From the NCBI GenBank assembly GCA_963693365.1, contig CAVNZM010000016.1:3499957-3563956 (forward strand): a DNA stretch of 64,000 nt. Direction: 5' to 3'. The notes under the pieces were generated by a model. That model saw nothing but the letters and a program-made list of their open reading frames with translations, was not told the DNA's origin and made no database searches. Made by a program: the position numbers and the translations under genes. Within the stretch, counting starts at the first letter, position 1; every line of letters begins with the position of its first letter. This stretch comes from Amoebidium appalachense (taxonomy: Eukaryota > Protista > Ichthyosporea). This document shows positions 52,434 through 63,552 of the stretch, piece by piece.

Positions 52434-52890
52434 TCATCTTGCTTCCTCTGTTCCATCTAGGAACTTCGTAAAACCACCAAAGTTTCTATCATGAGCGAAT
52501 GCTTCATTTTCTTTCCTTGTCGTTTTACTTCCGCTTTTTTTTTTTTTTTCATTAACATGATACCAATAACAAGACAGCAAACGGGTCTAAAATTTTAAGT
52601 TTTTAAGGTCTCATTTTACATATCCCTGAAAAGCTTACTGCCCATCAATAAAATGTTGATTCTTACATTTATTCCTTTAGAACGCAACAAGTGCAGGTGG
52701 ACGTTGCAACGGAGGGTGCGGGGCTGTGTGTGAGGGTGTGTGCACGGTGCAGCGCCCACCACGACACAGAAACACAGACATTACACTGCCAGGTATATAC
52801 TCTCTCTCTTTCTCTCTGTCCGACTCTCTCTCTCTCTCTCTCCCCCCCCCCCCCCTCTCTCCCCCCCCCCTCTCTCTCCCCCCCCTCTCC

Positions 52891-52982
<92 letters not shown>

Positions 52983-53911
52983 TGCGCGCGCGCGCGCGTG
53001 CGTGCGTGCGAGTGGGTGTGCGTCTATGTGTCTGTGCACATGTACACGGGCGCCTATGTCGAAATTCCTCTACAATTGCTTGATTTGACAATCGCTCAGT
53101 TCCTAAAAAGGGACCCATACCATATAAAGGCAAACGCGATCGTATACTATGACATCAATATGACGTATGTATATGATTGACGTCATCATGGCATATGAAA
53201 AATGCCGACACAGACCTTAACCCCCACGTAAATGCCTGTGTGCAGGGGTGTGCCGAGGGGCGAGATTTATGTGCCGACTGCCGGGGGTGTGTTCGGTGTG
53301 CCGGATGCAAGAATCTGGTGGGGCCAAATTGCACAGTAAGACCCCCCCTCCCCCCTTCCCCCCACCGGCTCATCCCCTCCCCCCCCCCCCCCCGGCTGTT
53401 CTCCCCCCCCCCCCCCCCCCCCCTCCCCCCCCCCCCCCCTTTTCTCCCCTCCGCCCTCCCTCCCCACCCCCTCCCCCCCCAAGCCCGTGTCAATCAGCTG
53501 TGTTCATTTATACCTGTTGCGTAAGGGTATACACAGACAGACACACACGGGCACTCGCGCGAGCGCGCACACACATACACACACACACATGGGAACATGT
53601 GTACTTTAGCGTGGACACACACACACAGGCAGGCATAACCAGACATGCCAAGAGGGAAGACCCCCCCCCCCCCACTCAACACACCCCCTCCCCCCTCTCA
53701 GAAAGGGGAAAATTTTAAGGGAGTATACCACCTATCACTTCAACTCCGAAGGGAAACGGGCTATCTCCTCCCTTCCCCCCTCCCCTACCCACCCTCTCCC
53801 CCCCTCGTCATTTCCACCTCGTGCCCCAGCTACATTTTCTTTTTGGGGCCTGTTTTCTAAGGGAATGTGAGGGGTAGGGAATAGGAGACCAGTGTTTATG
53901 TGCCTGCGGGT

Positions 53912-53993
<82 letters not shown>

Positions 53994-54235
53994 TGTTTGT
54001 GTGTGTGTGTCAATTGTGTGTCTATGTCGGTGTGTGTCATGCATCTTTGTGGCTTTGTGGGTGGGAGCTTGTCAGGGCCAAATCGGTAGAAGAAGAGTAC
54101 AAGAACATGTGGAATACTCACTAATCATCCTTACCCCTCCCCCCCCCCCCCCTCCCCCCTCCCCCCGGCGCCTCCCCCCTGCCTCCCCTACCCCTCCCCC
54201 CCTTCCCCCCCTCCCCTGCCCACCGGCGCATACGT

Positions 54236-54292
<57 letters not shown>

Positions 54293-54862
54293 CCCCCCCC
54301 CCCCCCCCCCCGTACTCCCCCCGTCCCATTCCCCCGATAACCCCCCTCCCCCACCACCAGCACCACACACGCACGCACACAACACACACACAAAGTTAAA
54401 ACGCACACACACATGCACACGCAACACGCACACACACACACACACACACACGCGCACGCATGCACACACACACACACACACACACAGACACACAAACACA
54501 CACACATACACACACACACGCACACACACGCGCGCACGCGCACGCGCACACACAAACACACACATACACACACATACACACACAAACTTCAGTCGTTTCA
54601 CTGCAGCACGTGCGAGGACCCCATTGGTTCGTGCTGTAAGGAAAAATCCAGAAGTTGCCAGCTGGATGGGTGCACAACACAAGCCTGCCCCGGTTGCTGG
54701 GCGGCGGGCGACTGGTACTTATGTAATGTTTGCAATACGTACTTGTGTTCAGACTGTGTCGTCATGAATGGTGTGTCGATCGACATGCTTCTGTCGGGGG
54801 CAGAAATCGACGCGCAGTGTCGTGCGTGCGGGGAGAAATGCACTCCGTTGACTGACAGATGA
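50247..54862 (+). CDS. Multi-exon gene: NLS-like motif, short coiled coils and a long C-terminal CxxC-rich putative zinc-binding region
   Basis: Phase-compatible exons 50247-50425 (PPKKRKMK), 50828-50925, 51726-51842 ([22 protein letters not shown]), 52681-52792, 53246-53335 ([13 protein letters not shown]), 54593-54862 (CSTC, CPGC, CNVC, CSDC, CRAC, TGA). Confidence 0.8.
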
Positions 54863-55501
54863 TAGCTGTAGTTGTTTTGAACTAATAATAACTGCAAAGG
54901 TATGGTGGTTTTGAACTTTGTTTAAATTCTAATCTTGATGTTAAACTTTAATGTGTATGGGCGTCAACAAGTGCATGTCCTAGAAACGAACGATAATGGC
55001 CTTGCTGATGGTAGCCATGATGTGGGCTTGTTGTAAGCTTGTTAAGAATTTGTTGCATAGGCTGTTTGTAGATTCGAGAAAGCTTAAGAGATTTGGCTAA
55101 CCAACGGGTTGTGTAACAGTAATGCATAATGATGCTGGGGAACGTTGCACCTTGATTAACGGTAAAACGGCTGCTCACTCCGGCAACAACAACAATAGAG
55201 GTAAAAGAATAGCAGGTGTCGTAACACTATGTACAAGCATGTAAAGCCATACATACCTGAGTAGTGTGCTCTACTGTACAGTCTTGATCGACTGGCCGAT
55301 TGAGCTTGAAAAAAGACATTTTTTAGTTCAACTGAAAGCTTGAGCCTCACTCACTGACGCGCGTAATCACGTGTACGACGAGAAGTCAGACGCAGCCGCG
55401 TCTAAAAGCGCAGCAGATCCAAATGGTTCCAACTGGGGACTGATTGTGTTTGGAATAACTTGGTACCGGTGAACATGTTGGTCGAAGGATTGGGGGTGTG
55501 T

Positions 55502-55550
<49 letters not shown>

Positions 55551-55673
55551 GAGAGAGAGAGAGATCTAGAGAGAGAGAGAGAGAGAGAGAGCTGGAGAGC
55601 CAGAAAGGGGAGAGGGCCAGAGAGAGAGGAGAGAGAGATCTAATATTAGAGAGGTCTGAGCTGGGAGAGAGAA

Positions 55674-55753
<80 letters not shown>

Positions 55754-56007
55754 AAGCTAGAGAGCCGAGCTCGACAGAGAGAGAGGGAGAGAGAGAGTCG
55801 AGAGAGAGAGAGAGATAGGGGCCGGGGAGAGAGAGAGAGAGAGAGAGAGAGTGTGTGTGTGTGTGTGCACGTGTGTGTGACAGAGCTTATATATATATAT
55901 ATATATGTATATGACGTTCAAGTATTATTTATAATTTATGACGGTTTTGCGTTTGCTCCCGTATTGCCTGGGTGCCCGAGTGACACGGCCGCCTAATGCT
56001 TGGATGT

Positions 56008-56438
56008 ATGCAACCTGTTAGCTAATGTATTAGAACCGGAGGTTATTGGCGGTTTTATTCTCTTTTCTTCCTCTCTTCCTCAATATATCCGTTTTAAGAT
56101 GACTATCCTAGATCACCTTATTAATGCTGCACAGTATGATATTGTGATCCGGTGCCTTAACTTTCTTTCGGAGCTACCGATGCTAGCATCTGCTTACCCA
56201 TAATTCCCAATCTCCTTCAGTGACAGGTTTCCTGTCAGGGAGATTGGGCTTATTGGGGATAGGGGTTTGGGGGAAGGGGAGAGCGGTATGTAATAGGGGT
56301 GTCAGATACTACGATGGCGCTCATTGTTGCCTAGCATGTACATATGTCACTGGCTGCATTTGATTGGCTGTGCTGGAAAACGCAGTAGGCCGTCTGGGCC
56401 TCCGGCAATGTCCACGCAATAAAAAGTGTGTAAACCCC
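56008..56438 (+). mobile_element. Non-LTR element copy 1: severely 5'-truncated (last ~65 codons plus 3' UTR)
   Basis: Encodes CNLLANVLEPEVIGG...LASAYP, identical to the ends of the two long ORFs; ends GTGTGTAAACCCC; candidate TSD ATGTAT at 56004-56009 and 56439-56444. Confidence 0.9.
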
Positions 56439-56503
56439 ATGTATAGCATGTGTGTCTCGAAATTGCACGCGAGTACTTCCGATGGAAAGGTCGGATAAGC
56501 CGG

Positions 56504-58280
56504 GGGGTTTACACACTTTTTATTGCGTGGACATTGCCGGAGGCCCAGCCACATTCGACGGCCTACTGCGTTTTCCAGCACAGCCAATCAAATGCAGCCA
56601 GTGACATATGTACATGCTAGGCAACAATGAGCGCCATCGTAGGATCTGACACCCCTATTACATATTATGGGTAAGCAGATGCTAGCATCGGTAGCTCCGA
56701 CAGAAAGTTAAGGCACCGGATCACAATATCATACTGTGCAGCATTAATAAGGTGATCTAGGATAGTCATCTTAAAACGGATATATTGAGGAAGAGATGAA
56801 GAAAAGAGAATAAAACCGCCAATAACCTCCGGTTCTAATACATTAGCTAACAGGTTGCATTTATTGATAGATATGCAGCCGCGAGTAAACCGCCCCCCAC
56901 ACATATTACACATACGAGCAGGAGACACCAGAAACCGATTACACCGCCAAGCCATAATCATCTTTGCGTTTTTACACCACACCACATTACGAATAAACGA
57001 ATCTATGTATGAACGAGACTCTCTAACCGTATCCGCCATATAGGCTACTAGTAGTTGGTGTTTGTGCGGTCCTAACACCGGAAGGGACTCAACACGTAGA
57101 GTAAAAAGATATCTATCAGCCATAGACTTGAAACTATTCATATTCACACTATGATCTAGCCGTACCTCCGGGGGGGTCGCCAGCCATTCCACATAGCGCT
57201 CGGCAATGGGCAGAGACGATGGGGAAGGGAAGAGGTACAGGGGCGAATCCGGCGGGGATGCGTGTAGCCGGAAGAGCGGGTGGTCCGGGGCACAAGCGGA
57301 CAGGCGGGTGATGTGCTCGTGAAATTTAAGGGCTAATTCGTGTACGCGTTGTGATGGTGGTGTGAGTGCGTAGAGAGAATCAAAAAGGCGTCTAGGGATA
57401 GGTGTGGAAAGACCAGTGAGAAACATACAACAAGTTGTGTAATGGAAATCATCTAATGATTTGAGGACATTAGTAACAGTATCAGGGGGTGCCATAGCTA
57501 GTAAGGGCAACCCGTATTCCGACAAAGGGCGAATATATGTGCGAAATATACTAAGACGATTGTATAGGTGGACAGTATGAGAAAGAGAAGCAAGATACAC
57601 ATCCCGAAATAACCGAAGACACCTGCCTGCACTCTCCACCCGACGGTCGATCATCCGTTTGAAACATATGCCCCATTCGTCCACCGGAATCCCCAAATAC
57701 TTGTATTCGATTGGGCGAGGGAGGGGACTGCCGAAAATACAAACGTCGTCCCATGCCGGTATCGATTTTGATAAAAGGGCACACTTTTTGACATTAATCT
57801 GCATATCGTTGCGCTGGCACCAATGTTCAACCACACGAATGTATTGCCGTAGTTCGAGAGGATCGGATGACATAAGCACAATATCGTCGGCAAAAAAGAG
57901 GGCGGGGGGAGCCTGGGATGGCAACCCCCCGTCAATTTGTGCCGCAGAAAGAGTGTCGGCTAAATCATCAATATACAGGTTGAAAAGAAGAGGACTTAGC
58001 AGGGACCCTTGAAGTACCCCGCGCGTGCGGGTAAACCCTGGGGATAGCCGCCCATTAACCACCGCTCGTCCGCGTGTAAACGTAAACATAGCTTCCAGTA
58101 GCCGACCCATTTGGAATGGGACACCGCGAGTGGCTAACTTGGCCCACAGGCGAGGGAGGTCGACCGTGTCGTACGCGTTCTTAAAATCGATAAATACGAG
58201 GTGCTCGGTATCACTTTGAGTTGCATTATGTAGAGTGAGGATTTGTGCGTAACATGAGTGTCGATGCCGAAACGCCGCCT
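56504..58280 (-). mobile_element. Non-LTR element copy 2, 5'-truncated within the RT N-terminus, with a 10-bp TSD
   Basis: Flanked by GATAAGCCGG at 56494-56503 and 58281-58290; starts at the QAAFRHRHSC (QxGFR-like) motif; ends GTGTGTAAACCCC. Confidence 0.92.
56665..58280 (-). CDS. Non-LTR (LINE-type) reverse transcriptase with C-terminal CxxC region; open frame, N-terminally truncated (first Met at 58110)
   Basis: FIDFKNAYDTV, GVLQGSLLSPLLFNLYIDDL, FFADDIVL, INVKKC, YKYLGI, C-terminal CNMCGGRFTRGC. Confidence 0.9.
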
Positions 58281-58461
58281 GATAAGCCGGTGCAGCGGGC
58301 CGGGGGGGCCTTGCGGCTCATTGCGTGCGTGATCACAATCCAATCCGTACACCGGATGATTACCGATCAGAAAAGCTTCCATAGATCTGTGAGCCAGATG
58401 ACCAATGGGCGACATTTTGTAAGCTTAGGTGATTGCCGGTTTTGTGTATTTTCGGTGCAAA

Positions 58462-60069
58462 ATGCTGAATAAGGGCCCGTACGCACAAATCCTCACTCTA
58501 CATAATGCAACTCAAAGTGATACCGAGCACCTCGTATTTATCGATTTTAAGAACGCGTACGACACGGTCGACCTCCCTCGCCTGTGGGCCAAGTTGGCCA
58601 CTCGCGGTGTCCCATTCCAAATGGGTCGTCTACTGGAAGCTATGTTTACGTTTACACGCGGACGAGCGGTGGTTAATGGGCGGCTATCCCCAGGGTTTAC
58701 CCGCACGCGCGGGGTACTTCAAGGGTCCCTGCTAAGTCCTCTTCTTTTCAACCTGTATATTGATGATTTAGCCGACACTCTTTCTGCGGCACAAATTGAC
58801 GGGGGGTTGCCATCCCAGGCTCCCCCCGCCCTCTTTTTTGCCGACGATATTGTGCTTATGTCATCCGATCCTCTCGAACTACGGCAATACATTCGTGTGG
58901 TTGAACATTGGTGCCAGCGCAACGATATGCAGATTAATGTCAAAAAGTGTGCCCTTTTATCAAAATCGATACCGGCATGGGACGACGTTTGTATTTTCGG
59001 CAGTCCCCTCCCTCGCCCAATCGAATACAAGTATTTGGGGATTCCGGTGGACGAATGGGGCATATGTTTCAAACGGATGATCGACCGTCGGGTGGAGAGT
59101 GCAGGCAGGTGTCTTCGGTTATTTCGGGATGTGTATCTTGCTTCTCTTTCTCATACTGTCCACCTATACAATCGTCTTAGTATATTTCGCACATATATTC
59201 GCCCTTTGTCGGAATACGGGTTGCCCTTACTAGCTATGGCACCCCCTGATACTGTTACTAATGTCCTCAAATCATTAGATGATTTCCATTACACAACTTG
59301 TTGTATGTTTCTCACTGGTCTTTCCACACCTATCCCTAGACGCCTTTTTGATTCTCTCTACGCACTCACACCACCATCACAACGCGTACACGAATTAGCC
59401 CTTAAATTTCACGAGCACATCACCCGCCTGTCCGCTTGTGCCCCGGACCACCCGCTCTTCCGGCTACACGCATCCCCGCCGGATTCGCCCCTCTACCTCT
59501 TCCCTTCCCCATCGTCTCTGCCCATTGCCGAGCGCTATGTGGAATGGCTGGCGACCCCCCCGGAGGTACGGCTAGATCATAGTGTGAATATGAATAGTTT
59601 CAAGTCTATGGCTGATAGATATCTTTTTACTCTACGTGTTGAGTCCCTTCCGGTCGAATTAGGACCGCAAAAACACCAACTACTAGTAGCCTATATGGCG
59701 GATACGGTTAGAGAGTCTCGTTCATACATAGATTCGTTTATTCGTAATGTGGTGTGGTGTAAAAACGCAAAGATGATTATGGCTTGGCGGTGTAATCGGT
59801 TTCTGGTGTCTCCTGCTCGTATGTGTAATATGTGTGGGGGGCGGTTTACTCGCGGCTGCATATCTATCAATAAATGCAACCTGTTAGCTAATGTATTAGA
59901 ACCGGAGGTTATTGGCGGTTTTATTCTCTTTTCTTCCTCTCTTCCTCAATATATCCGTTTTAAGATGACTATCCTAGATCACCTTATTAATGCTGCACAG
60001 TATGATATTGTGATCCGGTGCCTTAACTTTCTGTCGGAGCTACCGATGCTAGCATCTGCTTACCCGTAA
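58462..60069 (+). CDS. Non-LTR reverse transcriptase ORF; in-frame ATG supplied by flanking DNA
   Basis: Same RT motifs as copy 2; differs at LPVELGPQK versus LPVLGPHK. ATG at 58462 lies 18 nt upstream of the homology boundary. Confidence 0.88.
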   Translation: MLNKGPYAQILTLHNATQSDTEHLVFIDFKNAYDTVDLPRLWAKLATRGVPFQMGRLLEAMFTFTRGRAVVNGRLSPGFTRTRGVLQGSLLSPLLFNLYIDDLADTLSAAQIDGGLPSQAPPALFFADDIVLMSSDPLELRQYIRVVEHWCQRNDMQINVKKCALLSKSIPAWDDVCIFGSPLPRPIEYKYLGIPVDEWGICFKRMIDRRVESAGRCLRLFRDVYLASLSHTVHLYNRLSIFRTYIRPLSEYGLPLLAMAPPDTVTNVLKSLDDFHYTTCCMFLTGLSTPIPRRLFDSLYALTPPSQRVHELALKFHEHITRLSACAPDHPLFRLHASPPDSPLYLFPSPSSLPIAERYVEWLATPPEVRLDHSVNMNSFKSMADRYLFTLRVESLPVELGPQKHQLLVAYMADTVRESRSYIDSFIRNVVWCKNAKMIMAWRCNRFLVSPARMCNMCGGRFTRGCISINKCNLLANVLEPEVIGGFILFSSSLPQYIRFKMTILDHLINAAQYDIVIRCLNFLSELPMLASAYP

Positions 60070-60242
60070 TATGTAATAGGGGTGTCAGATACTACGATGG
60101 CGCTCATTGTTGCCTAGCATGTACATATGTCACTGGCTGCATTTGATTGGCTGTGCTAGCGCTGGAAAACGCAGTAGGCCGTCGAATGTGGCTGGGCCTC
60201 CGGCAATGTCCACGCAATAAAAAGTGTGTAAAAAAAAAAAAA
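58480..60242 (+). mobile_element. Non-LTR element copy 3, 5'-truncated, ending in A13
   Basis: Near-identical reverse complement of copy 2 from TACGCACAAATC onward; 3' UTR 60070-60229 then an A-run 60230-60242. No TSD found. Confidence 0.92.
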
Positions 60243-63200
60243 GATATTGCAATATGTGGGCTCAATATTCATTTTTTTTGGGACTTCACTTTCACTTCGA
60301 TCTCTTAGCCACACGTCAACTTTTTCCCCCGATTCTTCACCATGGCAGGTATATAAAGGCTTTCGTTTCATCTTTTTGTGGTGGGAGGGGGGCCTGTTAG
60401 GAAGGAGCAGTAATGATGTCTTCTTGCGGAGTGTGGTCTGGTCAACATCGATGCATATAACATGTTATATGACTAGAAGGAGCAAACTAGTTTCACGCAT
60501 ACACGTACTCTTAAGGTTTTGCCCGCTGGTGTCCTTTGTCACTGGTCGCTTTATTTTTATTTCGTAGCTTTGGCTTTTTCAGTTCTATTGGTGGTTATGT
60601 AGCCTGTGGCTGCACGTTGCCTTCATCAACGGATCAATAAACTCGCACAGGTAAACAATCCCGTGAAATTGGTACCGCCGATATCAACGCCGATATCAAT
60701 ACGGGGTGCGTTTGACCCCACCCGTTTCACCGCCACATGCATCAGTACTGTTACTGGCAGTGTCGGTAGCAGTGTATATGTCACTGATAGTGTACTTGTT
60801 GTGTCCATGCCTCCGTCTGCTGTACCCCTGGCATGATACAGACTACGCCTATATAGATATGCCACCGTGACCTCCCCCCCCTCCCCCTCCCCCCGCCCGC
60901 CCGGCCACACACCCCTCCCCCCTCAATTCCGTGAACCCCCCCCCCCCCCCCCTCCCCTGTCCGTGGCCCCCTGCGGGCCGGGCCCCCTCCAATAATTAAT
61001 TCGCTCTCCTGCCCCACGGCCATTCACTGCAAACCTACGTGGGCATAACCGCCGCCAACTTACAAAATTTACGAAGTCGAAAAAACCGCCGGAACCCCCA
61101 TTAGCCAATTATCGGACAAAATGGAACGAAGTAAATTCCAATTCACAGGACTGTTACAGGCCCTGTTTCCACCATAAACGGATATAATAAGACTTGTTAA
61201 GTAGCACATATAGCATTAATTATAATATATTTGGTTTTATATGTAATAAATGTATAAAATAAAACCAAAATTGTGGTCCATATGCGTACACTAAAACTTC
61301 TCATTTATTGCTTCGCACCGATCTTTTTTCTAGCCAATCGCCAAGAGCTCTATGCATTCCATGTTTATCCCAAGAGTCATGTCGACAAAAAATCTTGCCT
61401 CAGTTGGTGGAGACTGACAGTCATTTTTGTCTAGCACTGAAGATGCGGTGCAAGTTTTTGTCGTTTAACTGAAGATACTGGCAGGCGAATGCGGGGCCCC
61501 CGTCTGCTAGATGGGGCCGGTGGCTCATGCCCCTCGCGTACCGACAAATACCCTTCCGCGGCAGTTGTTGAGTACACGTAGCGCTGTTGAGTACACGTAG
61601 CGCTGTGCCATTTAACCACGGTTAGCCTTAAGAATGACCGGTAGCAGAACTTGAGAAGCTGGTGGAGTGCCACGGTGCAGCTCAAGGTAAGAGGGCCTTT
61701 CATTTTGTTTGTCGTTGTTTGCGTGGCGATAGCTTTGGCGGATGTTGTAGCCAGCTACTGTTGTTATTGCATTGACGTGAATAATATGTGCTTTAGTTTA
61801 ACTCATAGTAATCAATACTTGCTGGTTCGACGCTACTTTTACGCAGTAGACTTCTACGTAGCCTGTTGTTATTGGTTGGTGCTCCTGCAAAAGGCAAACG
61901 TGCACCTTCACAGGAAGAAAAAGATGCAAACGTAAGTAGTTCGGGCTGACATCACCACGCTCCTTAACTGGTGTGCATTAGCCTCTCAAAGAGCTACGTG
62001 CTAGGGCTACACGTGGTTACTGAACAGTTTGCCAACTAACTATAGCTACCTCTCGTTCTTCTATCCCTGTCCTTTAACGTGTTCGCTGTTCAAGGGCCAA
62101 AGCTCACTTTTTCCCCACCCATCGTACACCTGCAGCACAGCACGGCGCGTGCGCTCAAGTCGCACTTCCAAGCGCTTGATAAAGCTGTCAAAAGTCTTCC
62201 CCACTGCAAAAGTGTTTAACGGTGAGCAGGAGGGGCAACTTGTTGCCGATTGCTAACAAGACTAAGTGCACGAACTAGTTAGGAGTTTTAAGAACCGATT
62301 CCCCTGGAAAAGCTAGGCTTGTCTCTTTCTGATCGCTCTGGACTTTGTAGCTTCTACACGTAGTATTCTTGTTTGGTGCAGACCAGATTACAAACGGAGG
62401 TCACAGCTTCCCAGCAAGCCTTGTATGCATACAACGAATTTCGGCCTATAGATAAATGCCTATATTGACACGTAGCCCACCTACCAAAAAATGGAAAGCA
62501 GCGCCCAACCCCTAGCATGCAACAAAATGTGATACTGTATGGGTGCAACCAGGTGACACGGTTACCACCTCAATTGAGTGAACGTGTTATGATTGAACGT
62601 GCAGTAGCACGTAAATAAAGTGTGATATCACGTGTATTCAAAAATCACAGGTGCCTGCTTGCTGGGAAAGGAGGCGGGGTGGGTGGGAAGGTGGTTTTGG
62701 GGGGGAGGGGAGGGGGGGGGGGGGGGAGCACAGCTATCGTCGGAGCCGATAGCACAACCAGTTTCACAGTGTGTGTAGTTGTCACCGCCGGGATCAACGT
62801 CTATACCTCCAAAAGTAATAGGTGCAACAATTGCACCCGTCAATACTACGGTTAGCCCTCGACGTTGCTACAGACGCAACAATATCAATATGCCCTGCAC
62901 ATGTGTTATAGGCGTTGATATCGGCGCAGCAAATATCACGGTATTGTTTACCTGTGTCGAGTCAAAAGAATTTTTTTTTTATATCCTCTAGTGCTCTACA
63001 CAAACCGTTTCCTTATTTCGCCCTCTCTTGTTCCTGCTTGACTAAGTAAACCCACTAATCAATAGAGAAGGTATAACAACGACAGTAGTTATAGTGGTTT
63101 GCTTTGTGTAGAGCACTAGTTCTATATAAAAAAAACATTTATCAACATGTTTGCTGCTCGTTGTGACCGTTTTTACATGCAAGACCTTGCACCGGAAATA

Positions 63201-63268
63201 AACAAAACCGGGAATTACGTCATTTCATGAAATGCATCCGATTGGCCATCTAAATCGGGCTCACGGAT

Positions 63269-63343
63269 CAGTGGACTCATGGCCAAGCCAACGTTTTGTT
63301 TTTTTGCACGGAACCGTTCCTACCACCTACTGAGGCGGTGTCT

Positions 63344-63378
<35 letters not shown>

Positions 63379-63552
63379 AAGTAGATGTTAAAACGTCGCA
63401 CGTGCGGCAACACGTCAGTACGTGTTAGCCGCCTAAGTAGATGTTAAAACGTCGCACGTGCGGCAACACGTCAGTACGTGTTAGGAACCGTTCCTAACAG
63501 TGGACTCATTGCCAAGCCAACGTTTTGTTTTTTTGCACGGAACCGTTGCTAA
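63269..63552. repeat. Compound repeat: ~55-bp direct repeats enclosing a poly-T run and two ~51-bp tandem units
   Basis: CAGTGGACTCAT.GCCAAGCCAACGTTTTGTTTTTTTGCACGGAACCGTT at 63269 and 63498; TAAGTAGATGTTAAAACGTCGCACGTGCGGCAACACGTCAGTACGTGTTAG at 63378 and 63434. Confidence 0.88.

Noticed and set aside
56665-60069. Penelope-like element, telomerase, retron or group II intron RT
   Set aside because: Motifs QGSLLSPLLFNLYIDDL, FADD and YKYLG are LINE-type; no GIY-YIG domain, hammerhead core or intron structure was seen.
56504-60242. Pure assembly or chimeric-read palindrome
   Set aside because: The arms differ (PVLGPHK versus PVELGPQK, different 3' ends, small UTR indel), copy 2 has its own TSD and the spacer is unique. 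Raw reads are still needed to exclude it fully.
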